From positions 128,001 through 192,000 of the forward strand of contig CAVZSQ010000017.1 of the NCBI GenBank assembly GCA_963777955.1: a DNA stretch of 64,000 bases, written 5' to 3'. Shown one piece after another: positions 45,249-54,028 of the stretch (the first letter of the stretch is position 1; every line of letters begins with the position of its first letter). The notes beneath the pieces were generated by a model. That model saw only the letters and a list, made by a program, of their open reading frames with translations. It searched no databases and was not told the DNA's origin. The translations under genes were made by a program, and so were the position numbers. The DNA is from Calditrichia bacterium (lineage in GTDB: Bacteria > Calditrichota > Calditrichia > JAJRVZ01).

Positions 45249-46091
45249 TTATATATTAAGATATTTATCAAACCAATTCTCTGAAAGGTCCATGGCCGTG
45301 TCCAGATAAGAATTTCTGGTGCGCAGGGGATGGCTGATGCCCAGCATATGGTTGGCGCCTTCGATAATGACCAGATCTTTGGTGTCGGTTTTCAGGCTGT
45401 CAAAGATCTTACGGGCCTCTTCGACCGGTACGTCTTCATCCTGGTCGCCATGGATGATCAGTACCGGTACATTAAGTTTGGCCGCAGCCTGTAAAATGTC
45501 CAGCCGGTCTTTGTTTTCCTGTATATCTTTTAAGAGTGAGCTGGAAACGGTCATATTCTGTCTGCTCCAGGTACTTTCCAGTTCGATAAACCCGTCTTTC
45601 TGCAAGTTAAAAATGTCGTCGGCATTAAAGCGCTCGACCGTGGATATGGCCGACCAGGTGACCACGGTCTGGATCTTTTTATCCCTGGCAGCACGGAGGA
45701 TAGCCAGCCCTCCGCCCCGGCAGTGGCCGAACAAACCAAGCCGGTGCTGATCGATCAGACCTTTGCCTATCTTTGATGTTTTAATTGCGGTCAGTACGCA
45801 TTCCAGGTCTTGTAATTCGTGCGAATAGGTATTGACCGCAAACTTATCGTGTTCGGTCAGATTGTCCAGATCCGCACCAATGCCGTTCCGCGAGAAATTA
45901 AAAGTGATGGTTACGTAACCGCTATCGGTCAGAGTTTCGGCCAGCAGGGGGAAGAAGCCCCAGTCCTTGAAACCGCCGAAGCCGTGACAGAGGATGATGG
46001 TCGCAGAATTTTTTGCTGATTCGCGGTAACGCAAATCACCGCGGATTATTTCATTATCAGCATTGGTCAGGGCAAAAGTTTTTCGCAGCAT
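45249..46091 (-). CDS. Alpha/beta hydrolase
   Basis: CHGFGGFKDWG, GHCRGG elbow, HGDQDEDV, GANH. Confidence 0.85.
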   Translation of the reverse strand: MLRKTFALTNADNEIIRGDLRYRESAKNSATIILCHGFGGFKDWGFFPLLAETLTDSGYVTITFNFSRNGIGADLDNLTEHDKFAVNTYSHELQDLECVLTAIKTSKIGKGLIDQHRLGLFGHCRGGGLAILRAARDKKIQTVVTWSAISTVERFNADDIFNLQKDGFIELESTWSRQNMTVSSSLLKDIQENKDRLDILQAAAKLNVPVLIIHGDQDEDVPVEEARKIFDSLKTDTKDLVIIEGANHMLGISHPLRTRNSYLDTAMDLSENWFDKYLNI

Positions 46092-46106
46092 CTTTCCAGC
46101 TTACAT

Positions 46107-46132
46107 GACGCAATTTAATTAAATCACATTCA
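46107..46132 (-). promoter_or_regulatory. Putative SigR-type ECF promoter TGAAT-N17-CGTC
   Basis: Minus strand TGAAT gtgatttaattaaattg CGTC. Confidence 0.4.
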
Positions 46133-46285
46133 GAAATAGTTCTATTTAATGAAGGATTGTCAAAGGATTACCGGTAAAAATACATATCCGCTCAATCGTT
46201 TTAAGATCCATTAAATCATGTATATACTGGAAATATATTATACTGCGGGGTAAAAATACAAACAATAATTACGAACAATGAAAAA

Positions 46286-46750
46286 TTACATTAATTTTTT
46301 TAAATCGTCCAGAATTTCACGGGAATGTCCGTTTACATCAACTTTGGCATAAATTTTGGCAATTTTCTGTGCGGGATCGATCAGAAAAGTCGTCCGCTGG
46401 ATGCCCATATAGGTTTTGCCGTACATGGATTTTTCTTTCCAGACGTCATAGGCTTCGGCAACTTTATCCTGTTCGTCACTGAGCAGCGGGAAGGGCAGAG
46501 TATACTTATTGATAAATTTTTCATGCTGCCGGCTGCTGTCTTTGCTGATACCCAGAATAATTACGTTTTGCTGCGTGAAGGCGCTATAATCATCACGGAA
46601 ATTACAGGCCTCGGTGGTACAGCCGGGGGTCATATCCTTAGGATAAAAATAGAGCACGATCCATTTTCCTTTATACTCTGCCAGTTTATGTACTTTACCA
46701 TTCTGGTCAGGCAGAGCGAATGCTGGGGCCGCCTTACCTTCCTGTATCAT
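46286..46750 (-). CDS. bcp: Peroxiredoxin BCP/PrxQ
   Basis: YFYPKDMTPGCTTEAC. Confidence 0.95.
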   Translation of the reverse strand: MIQEGKAAPAFALPDQNGKVHKLAEYKGKWIVLYFYPKDMTPGCTTEACNFRDDYSAFTQQNVIILGISKDSSRQHEKFINKYTLPFPLLSDEQDKVAEAYDVWKEKSMYGKTYMGIQRTTFLIDPAQKIAKIYAKVDVNGHSREILDDLKKLM

Positions 46751-46817
46751 TTTTTCTCTCCTCGCCGTTATTGGTTGATGGCAATGATCAACATTTATAT
46801 AGTCGTCATCCTGTAAT

Positions 46818-46843
46818 GACGTGTTAACTTACCAATTTATTCC
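46818..46843 (-). promoter_or_regulatory. Putative SigR-type ECF promoter GGAAT-N17-CGTC
   Basis: Minus strand GGAAT aaattggtaagttaaca CGTC upstream of bcp. Confidence 0.5.
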
Positions 46844-47129
46844 CCGGCATGATACTACATATTTGAACAACTGTGCGTTAATAATATTGCCGGCCTACCG
46901 GTCGGATTCGATCTATAACACTTAATTTTTACGGGTAATTACCGGGCAGCGCTATCCGGTTTCTAAGATTAATAATATCAATCTATTAGAGATAGATTAT
47001 TTTTATACTATCTGACCGGTGTAGACGAAGGTCAGGCCAGACTCTGGCACGCTTTTGGTATGTATCTCAGCGAGTCTATAAATGCAAAAATAGAAATTAT
47101 ATTAAATGGTGCCTGCACGGTAGTCAGAA

Positions 47130-49340
47130 ATGAGAATAAACCGAAGGTATTTTAGAATTTTTAAGTCCGGTAGTTACGGCCGTTTTCCGGTTGTGAAGCA
47201 GCATGATCGCAGCGATTGCGGTCCGGCTGCGCTGTTAAGTGTGCTGCGCTACTACAGGGGCGACAGCAATATGGCCCGCCTGAGGGAATTATGCCATACC
47301 GGCAGCGAGGGGAGCACCATGTTTGATTTGATTGAAGCGGCCCGCCGGCTGGGTTTCGAGGCCAGCGGTGTTCGCGGTGAATATACCGATCTGCTGCGGG
47401 AAAAAATGCCCTGTATTGCCCATGTGGTCAAGGATGAAAAGTACACCCATTATGTTGTCATCTATGCGCTCAATCGGAAGCGTGTGCTGCTGGGGGATCC
47501 GGCGCGGGGATTATATAAATTATCCCGGGCCCGGTTCAACAGGATCTGGCAGCAGCAGGCAATTATCCTGCTGAGACCCCGTACTGCACTTTTTAAGCAA
47601 AGCACTCCGGTCTGGTTTGAATGGTTGTGGCCCTATCTGAATCATTATAAATCGTGGATCGCTCAAGCGGTCTTCCTGGGAATTGTCTATTCTGTTTTAA
47701 GCCTGATTATGGCTGTGTTTGTGCAAAAAATAATAGATGTATTTATTCCTGCAGCTGATATCAGCAGGATTACGATCAGCGGTATCTTGCTGGTTTTTTT
47801 AATCTCATTGAAAAGTGTGCTGGGATATTTCCGGCAATTTTTTTTGGTCTCGCTGAACGACAAACTCGGTCTGCGGCTGAACTCTGATTTTATTGACCAT
47901 GTATTGCGCCTGCCCAGACGCCTGCTGGACATTTACCGGGCCGGGGATATCACCTCGCGTCTCTATGATATCATCAGGATACAGCAGGGGGTGGTACAGA
48001 TTATTGGGATCACGATTATAGACCTGATGATCCTGGCTGGTTCGTTAGCCCTGATTTTTGCCTTCTCGTTTAAGATCGCTTTAATTACGCTGCTGGCCAT
48101 GCTGGTCTATACACTGTTTCTGCTGCTCAACCTGAAGAACCTGAACCATAAACAGCATGCACTGCTGCAATCATTCTCCGAAGTGCAGTCGATCTTCATC
48201 AATACGATCCAGGGTTTTGATGAAATTCTCAACTATAATGCTGCCGGTTTTTTCAGTGATAAAAATTGTTTCACCTTCGGTCAGTACCAGCAGCACCTGA
48301 AGTTACTGGGTTTACTGCGATCAAAACTGGCCGGTGCTGCCGAGCAATTGGGAAGTATGATGATGCTGGCCCTGCTGATCAGCGGCGCGGTCTGGGTCAT
48401 CAGGGAGGGACTTTTACTGGGACAATTGATGGCTTGTTATTCGCTGCTGGCCGGTATTATCCCCGCCCTGAACCGGCTGGTGGAAGGATCAGTGTCCTGG
48501 CAGGTCACGGCCATCGCTGTGCAACGGATTTTAGATTTAGTGCAGATGGACAAAGAAAAAGGTACAGGGCAGCTGATCTGTGAGCCTATCCAAAGCATCG
48601 CGGTCAGAGATGCGGGCTTTCAATGGTCCGCCCGTAAGCATCTCCTCGAGAATGTGTTTCTTGACCTGCAGCGGGGCAAGATCACTGCCTTGTGGGGTCC
48701 CATCGGTTCGGGGAAGAGCACCCTGATGCAGATCCTGCAGAGAAAATATCAGTTGGCAGCGGGAGAGATTCTCAGCAACGACCGGCCCGCAACTGAATTT
48801 GATCTTCATCTTTACCGGGAAAAAATCGGCATCGTGCCCCAGCAAGTAAAGGTCTTCGACGGCACCCTGGCCGAGAACATACTGCTGGGCCGCCGGATTG
48901 CGGACAGGGAAAAATTCAATCACCTGTTGTACCAATATGGATTCGCTGATTATGCCCGGAAATTTGAGCAGGGGTTGCTCACCGTGCTGGGAGAAAACGG
49001 GCGGCACCTGTCGGGCGGCGAATTGCAGATGCTGGGCTTAGCCCGTGCTTTGCTGTTTGAACCGGACGTACTGATGATCGATGAAGGGCTGAATGCCCTG
49101 GATGCGGAGATGGAGAAAACAGTTTTTAAAATAATTCAACAGTATGCCCTGACCCATCCGGTGCTGATCAGCACTCATAATTTAGCCATGATCACCCGGG
49201 TGGATTATGTGTATGTCCTGGACCAGGGCAGGATTGTGCAGTCCGGCACCCCGGCCTGCTTATTGATCCGGGACGGATATTTCAAAAATGTCTGGCTGAC
49301 GTGGAGAAGTAATCTTAACAGGGTTTATTGCCCGGTTTAA
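47130..49340 (+). CDS. Peptidase-containing ABC transporter (C39 PCAT; bacteriocin exporter/maturase)
   Basis: QHDRSDCGPAAL (catalytic Cys), HYVV, GDPA; TM domain; GPIGSGKS, LSGGE, MIDE. Confidence 0.93.
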   Translation: MRINRRYFRIFKSGSYGRFPVVKQHDRSDCGPAALLSVLRYYRGDSNMARLRELCHTGSEGSTMFDLIEAARRLGFEASGVRGEYTDLLREKMPCIAHVVKDEKYTHYVVIYALNRKRVLLGDPARGLYKLSRARFNRIWQQQAIILLRPRTALFKQSTPVWFEWLWPYLNHYKSWIAQAVFLGIVYSVLSLIMAVFVQKIIDVFIPAADISRITISGILLVFLISLKSVLGYFRQFFLVSLNDKLGLRLNSDFIDHVLRLPRRLLDIYRAGDITSRLYDIIRIQQGVVQIIGITIIDLMILAGSLALIFAFSFKIALITLLAMLVYTLFLLLNLKNLNHKQHALLQSFSEVQSIFINTIQGFDEILNYNAAGFFSDKNCFTFGQYQQHLKLLGLLRSKLAGAAEQLGSMMMLALLISGAVWVIREGLLLGQLMACYSLLAGIIPALNRLVEGSVSWQVTAIAVQRILDLVQMDKEKGTGQLICEPIQSIAVRDAGFQWSARKHLLENVFLDLQRGKITALWGPIGSGKSTLMQILQRKYQLAAGEILSNDRPATEFDLHLYREKIGIVPQQVKVFDGTLAENILLGRRIADREKFNHLLYQYGFADYARKFEQGLLTVLGENGRHLSGGELQMLGLARALLFEPDVLMIDEGLNALDAEMEKTVFKIIQQYALTHPVLISTHNLAMITRVDYVYVLDQGRIVQSGTPACLLIRDGYFKNVWLTWRSNLNRVYCPV

Positions 49341-49349
49341 GGGGAGTAG

Positions 49350-50024
49350 ATGGTTAACAGTATGGATCGTCCGCTGTGGATGCGGATGCAAAGCATAACT
49401 AACTGGCAGATATTCGCTGCGCTGATGGGAATTAATGTATTGTTAATCTGGCTGGTCAGGGAACAGGTTCTCCGTTCCGAATTCATTTATCAGCTTTTCC
49501 AGGAACAGATCGAGATAACCCGCCTGGACGATCAACTGGAACTGTGGCGGGGCTGGTTTAACCTGAATTTTATCCTGGTACCCCTGGTTCTTTTTATAAA
49601 ATTCTGTTTTATATCTTTTGTGCTGCAATTCCCGCTGTTGTTCCTGCTGGAAGATATCGCTTACCGGGATATTTTCAGGGTGGTCATGATCGCCCAGCTG
49701 GCCATGCTCGCCGCGGCGATCTTCCAGGTGGCTATTTTATACCTGAGACCACTGCCGGCAATCGATATGGAAAACCTGGGCCGCATGCCGTTAAGTCTGG
49801 CCGGCCTGACCGGGCAATATTCAGCTTTATCCATTCCGGCCAGGACGATCATCAACCGCTTTAATGTGTTTGAACTGATCTGGTGTATGATCGTCTATTA
49901 TAAACTTAAATCTCTGGTCACGATGAAAAGCGTCGATCTGGTTATCCTGGTCAGTGCTGTATGGATTTTTTTACTAATCCTGCAATGGCTGAGCACGGAA
50001 GTATTAATGTTGTTGAGCAGCTGA
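49350..50024 (+). CDS. Multi-pass membrane protein in bacteriocin locus (Yip1-like; candidate immunity/accessory)
   Basis: About 5 hydrophobic segments, NVFELIW motif; between PCAT and redoxin. Confidence 0.65.
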   Translation: MVNSMDRPLWMRMQSITNWQIFAALMGINVLLIWLVREQVLRSEFIYQLFQEQIEITRLDDQLELWRGWFNLNFILVPLVLFIKFCFISFVLQFPLLFLLEDIAYRDIFRVVMIAQLAMLAAAIFQVAILYLRPLPAIDMENLGRMPLSLAGLTGQYSALSIPARTIINRFNVFELIWCMIVYYKLKSLVTMKSVDLVILVSAVWIFLLILQWLSTEVLMLLSS

Positions 50025-50068
50025 GTTGTGATCCGGTTTTTGGATGATATTGATTAAGGGAGAAGATC

Positions 50069-50575
50069 ATGAAAGAAAAACAATTCTTTGTACTGGCGCT
50101 GCTGATTGCTGCTATAATCATCCTGGCGTTTTTTTGGATCGAACAGCACCGGAAAAAAATTCTGAAAGTCGGGGAAAGTATACCGGCAATGAATTATCAA
50201 ACCCGGGATGGACAACAGCTGCTGTCGGCAGACAGTACCCGGGTACTGGTACTGATGTATTTTAACCGGAAGTGCGAGTATTGCCTGTATCAACTGGAAT
50301 TGTTTGAAAAGAATATAGGGATCTTCCGTAATCAGAGATTCGTGTTTCTGACCAGCGAGGCGGATTTTTTTTCGGCGGGATTGGAAAAACAGTGGAGTAT
50401 GCTCAGCAGCCGGGAGAACTGCAGTTTCGGAATGGTTCCCGGCAATGTATTTTTGAATGCATTTGGCACGAGCAGCACCCCGGCGATTTTCATATTCAGT
50501 AACCGGGGTTTGCTGCTGGCCAATTTTAACAGTGTGATTAAACTGGACAAAATCAAACAGGTACTGGGGGTATGA
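50069..50575 (+). CDS. Membrane-anchored thioredoxin-fold (TlpA/redoxin) protein
   Basis: N-terminal TM helix, VGESIP..DG, YFNRKCEYC (CxxC), STPAIFIF cis-Pro loop. Confidence 0.85.
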   Translation: MKEKQFFVLALLIAAIIILAFFWIEQHRKKILKVGESIPAMNYQTRDGQQLLSADSTRVLVLMYFNRKCEYCLYQLELFEKNIGIFRNQRFVFLTSEADFFSAGLEKQWSMLSSRENCSFGMVPGNVFLNAFGTSSTPAIFIFSNRGLLLANFNSVIKLDKIKQVLGV

Positions 50576-50657
50576 TCATCAGTATGAAGCTAACACCGGT
50601 TTAATAAATACCCTTACCGGGGGGTAATAAAATAATGATCAAAGATTGGAGGTAGGT

Positions 50658-50852
50658 ATGCAGGAATTAACCAATGAAAGATTGCTGGCCTTGCAGGGAG
50701 GCCAAAAAGCAGCTGTAGGCGGGGCCTGTGCCATGTTCCTGATGGAATTAACCATCGTATTGGGGGCCGGGGTCATCCTGGGGGGCGCCGGAGCTGCTTT
50801 CGGCCTGGGTTTTGTAGTGGGTGCTCTGGCCTCGGAATCTAATCCCTGTTAA
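50658..50852 (+). CDS. Double-glycine-leader bacteriocin precursor 1
   Basis: GGAGG SD; leader MQELTNERLLALQGG; 49-aa hydrophobic Gly/Ala-rich core with Cys9 and Cys49. Confidence 0.85.
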   Translation: MQELTNERLLALQGGQKAAVGGACAMFLMELTIVLGAGVILGGAGAAFGLGFVVGALASESNPC

Positions 50853-50884
50853 CAACAATGAACTCAGAAAAGGAGGAAAGTAAG

Positions 50885-51106
50885 ATGGATGCAGCATGTT
50901 TAAAAGGAAATTTGATCGAATTAGATCAGAACGATCAGCTCAGTATCAGCGGCGGAAATAAAATCGCGGCTTTCGTCGACGGCCTCTGCGTGGTTTATGG
51001 TACCTATGCCGTGCTCGGCCTGGTGATTCCGGGCATAAATGCGGTCGGTGCCAGCACGTTAGGTGCATTCTGTGCCGGATATAAACTGGCCAGCTGGCTT
51101 TTATAA
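50885..51106 (+). CDS. Double-glycine-leader bacteriocin precursor 2
   Basis: AAGGAGG SD; leader ..IELDQNDQLSISGG; 49-aa hydrophobic core with Cys11 and Cys39. Confidence 0.85.
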   Translation: MDAACLKGNLIELDQNDQLSISGGNKIAAFVDGLCVVYGTYAVLGLVIPGINAVGASTLGAFCAGYKLASWLL

Positions 51107-51119
51107 TAATCTTAACTGA

Positions 51120-51211
51120 TTCAGCGTCCTTGGCGTATACCTTTGCGAACTCTGCGGTTAGAAAGCTCTCCGACGCAAAGGGCGCAGAGGTAACGCCAAG
51201 GTCGCAATGAG
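51120..51211. repeat. CGCAAAG-family hairpin element downstream of the precursor genes
   Basis: cttggcgtatacctttgcg...cgcagaggtaacgccaag inverted arms. Confidence 0.7.
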
Positions 51212-51232
51212 AAACTCTACTGAAAACCGAAT

Positions 51233-51955
51233 ATGTTACAATTGATTTCTGTATCAAAAAGATATGCTGATGTGCTTGCACTGGATAATATCAATGTCAA
51301 TCTGGCCGCGGGACAGATTGTAGGCCTGATCGGCCCTAATGGCGCCGGCAAGACCACCCTGTTGCGGATTATCGGTACGATCCTGCGGGCCAGTCACGGA
51401 AAGGTATTATATAATGGGACCGATATTCAAACCGCTGCGGTAGAATATCGCGGCAAAATCGGCTATGTGCCGGAAGACGGCGGATTATATCTTAAATTGA
51501 CCCCCTTACAGAATTTAATGTTTTACAGATCATTTTATCATGAAGCCATCCCCCCGGCTGTGATTCGGGATTGTCTGCGGGAGTATGGATTGGAGCAGGA
51601 GCAGAATAAACAGACCGGCAAATTGTCCAAAGGCACCCGGCAAAAAATTCTGTTTCTCAAAGCGATTCTGAACCATCCCGAATTACTGATCCTGGATGAA
51701 CCGTTAAATTACCTGGACCCGGAGACCAGGATCAGCGTAAAGGAGAAATTAAAGGAATTGAGCGCCGCGGGGAAACTGGTGCTGCTCAGCAGTCACACCC
51801 TGGCCGAGGTGGAAGATCTGTGTACCACAATTATAATAATCCGCCAGGGTAGAATCCTGACCTGCACCTCTCTGCTGGAGCTTAAACAAAAATGTGCAGT
51901 AGCGGCAGAGCAGTCGCTGGAAAAAATTTACTTACGGATCATCGGATCGACATGA
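51233..51955 (+). CDS. ABC transporter ATP-binding protein (ABC-2/immunity type)
   Basis: GPNGAGKT, LSKG, LILDEP, SSH. Confidence 0.9.
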   Translation: MLQLISVSKRYADVLALDNINVNLAAGQIVGLIGPNGAGKTTLLRIIGTILRASHGKVLYNGTDIQTAAVEYRGKIGYVPEDGGLYLKLTPLQNLMFYRSFYHEAIPPAVIRDCLREYGLEQEQNKQTGKLSKGTRQKILFLKAILNHPELLILDEPLNYLDPETRISVKEKLKELSAAGKLVLLSSHTLAEVEDLCTTIIIIRQGRILTCTSLLELKQKCAVAAEQSLEKIYLRIIGST

Positions 51956-52735
51956 GCATAAAAAACATCAGACAACTGGCCTGGTTAGAGTGGCTGGAAC
52001 ACCGCAAACGCATCCTGGGCAGTATCCCGGTTTTATTGTTTTTCTCTGTTCCCGGATTTTTGCTGCCTTTGATCAGTAAAAGGGATCTAGATTCAGAATT
52101 AATCGGGAGGTACCTGCAGCAGTATCAACTATTATATTCAGTCTTTGTCCCAATCCGAGTTGCAGCAGATTATCATGATCGATTTCAGATTAACGGTAAT
52201 GGTCCTGACCGCCGCGCTGATCAGTCCTTTCCTGGGTATATTGGACAGTATCGGCAGCGAGAAGGAGGGCCGGACCATTGAGAATTTATTGGTTTTACCG
52301 CTGAGCGATGCGGAAATTATCAGCGGTAAAATCGTGACCTGCTGGCTGGCCGGGATTCTGCTCTCCTGGTTATTATGGCTGCTTTATTTCCTGTTTATGC
52401 TGTGGTATTCCACGCCGCCGGCCGCATTTCATCTGCTGAGCGGCAGCTGGCTGATCCTGGTAGCGCTGCTGGTACCGGCCGCAGGTCTGTTTATGAACCT
52501 GCTGGGTATAATTATTGCCGTGCTGGTGCAAAAAATACAGACCGGATACAATCTGGGCTTCCTGCTGGTATTCCCCCTGGCCCTGCTGCTGACCATGCTG
52601 GGATTTGGCCTGTACCGGTTGAATCTCACAAATGTAATGTTTGCCTCAGGTCTGTTCGCCCTGCTGGATGCGATGTTGTTTAAAGTTGCGTATAATATTT
52701 TCAACAGGGAAAAGATTATGTTGAGGTATAAATAA
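51952..52735 (+). CDS. ABC-2-type permease, split by apparent +1 frameshift at ~52142
   Basis: ATGA overlap with the ATPase; EKEGRTIENLLVLPLS..IISGK motif; removing T52142 joins the frames (YSALSQSE). Confidence 0.8.
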
Positions 52736-52902
52736 AGGGTAAAGGGATAAGGGTAATGGATTGTAGGAGGCGCTTCCCGGCGCCGATGTTTTTCGCTGAA
52801 TATTTCCTCTGCGACCCGTGCAATTCCTTAGCGACCTTAGCGTTTTGCTTTGATCTTTTTTAACCGCAAAGGACGCAAAGGATTCGCAAAGGTCACAGAG
52901 AA
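52734..52902. repeat. Composite repeat island: AGGGTAA 8-mers, GTAG-type REP (52763-52787), CGCAAAG element
   Basis: GTAGGAGGCGCTTCCCGGCGCCGAT, near-identical to 61258-61281; AACCGCAAAGGACGCAAAGGATTCGCAAAGG. Confidence 0.75.
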
Positions 52903-53107
52903 AAATCTTAGCAGGAAATCTACAGGCAATTTGATCTTACTTTTTTGTTTCCGGTAATTTTTAACTTACATTATGACCTTAATTATTTTTTAACTCAGCG
53001 ATAGTCGTAATAATGTAAATAAAATATCTAAAAACCCTTTCGTATTTATTCAGGTTACAGAATTGAATATTATTCAGTTAGTGCTGTATATTATTCGAAT
53101 ATTAATC

Positions 53108-53132
53108 GCAACTTTTTTAAATATCACTCGTC
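53108..53132 (+). promoter_or_regulatory. Putative ECF promoter GCAAC-N16-CGTC for the Yip1-TolC-Mac operon
   Basis: GCAAC ttttttaaatatcact CGTC. Confidence 0.55.
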
Positions 53133-53195
53133 TATCGGGTACATGTACGAGTGGATGCACGAGTACATGTATTCAGGAACTTAAAGGAGGGAAAT

Positions 53196-53924
53196 ATGGA
53201 GGTTACTCAACCCGTACAGGGGCAGCAGGAAGCTAAACTGCCTTTTTTGACCAAGCTGGTTCTGCTTTTTACCAATCCCGCTAAACTTTTTGCCAATTTA
53301 AAACTATATCCTGATTGGCTGATACCAATTATCATAATTATAGTTTGTTCAATCGGCAGCGCCTGGATAAATCAGGATCTGATCAAGCAGAGACAGATAG
53401 ACAAGATCTCAAAATGGGAACAAGTGCCTGATGAGCAAAGAGAGGCGGCAATTCAAAAAACCGAGGAAAGCGGTATAATCAGCACTACTGTCGGAATAAC
53501 CGTTTTTACTTTCGTTATCTTCCTTTTCGTCTCGTTGCTTTTCTGGGTCAGCGGGAATTTTGTATTTGGCGGTTCTGCAAAATTTGTATCCGTACTCTCG
53601 GTATATACCTGGGGTTCACTGACCTTCATACCGGAAGAAATCATTAAAACTATCCTGAGGGGTGTGCGGAGTACTTATGATGTATACTCCAGCCTGGCCT
53701 TATTAATGGATCCGGAACAATCGAAAACAGTATTATTCAAGTTAGCCAATGCCATCGATATATTTTCCATCTGGCGCCTGTTTTTATGGGGATTAGGGTT
53801 AAGCATAATTTATAATTTTACCAGGGGCAAATCATACGGGATAGTTATTTTCTGGTATGTATTCGGTGTCCTGATCTGGATAGGACTGACCTTGTTAATA
53901 CCCTGGTTAGAAATGTTTATTTAA
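53196..53924 (+). CDS. Yip1-domain membrane protein (YknW-like)
   Basis: LFTNPAKLF..PDWLIP, FGGSAKF, IDIFSIW; AAGGAGG SD before ATG 53196. Confidence 0.85.
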   Translation: MEVTQPVQGQQEAKLPFLTKLVLLFTNPAKLFANLKLYPDWLIPIIIIIVCSIGSAWINQDLIKQRQIDKISKWEQVPDEQREAAIQKTEESGIISTTVGITVFTFVIFLFVSLLFWVSGNFVFGGSAKFVSVLSVYTWGSLTFIPEEIIKTILRGVRSTYDVYSSLALLMDPEQSKTVLFKLANAIDIFSIWRLFLWGLGLSIIYNFTRGKSYGIVIFWYVFGVLIWIGLTLLIPWLEMFI

Positions 53925-54028
53925 GAATAATCAGGTGTGCAAAGCGGATGAAGGAAGAAATTCATATTGAAAGATGTTACTCAGAATACAGCCGGAATTA
54001 TAAGAAATAATTTTAAGGAGATTTACTG

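Noticed and set aside
47045..47059. Sigma54 promoter upstream of the PCAT (TGGCACG...)
   Set aside because: The -24 element fits but the -12 reads TGGT rather than TTGC; not supportable
50946..51281. 111-aa minus-strand ORF as an antisense immunity gene
   Set aside because: Spans a repeat element and overlaps two better-supported plus-strand genes
47130..52735. Post-translationally modified RiPP (lanthipeptide, sactipeptide, YcaO/TOMM)
   Set aside because: No LanB/C/M, radical SAM, YcaO or glycosyltransferase gene in the locus; only a redoxin
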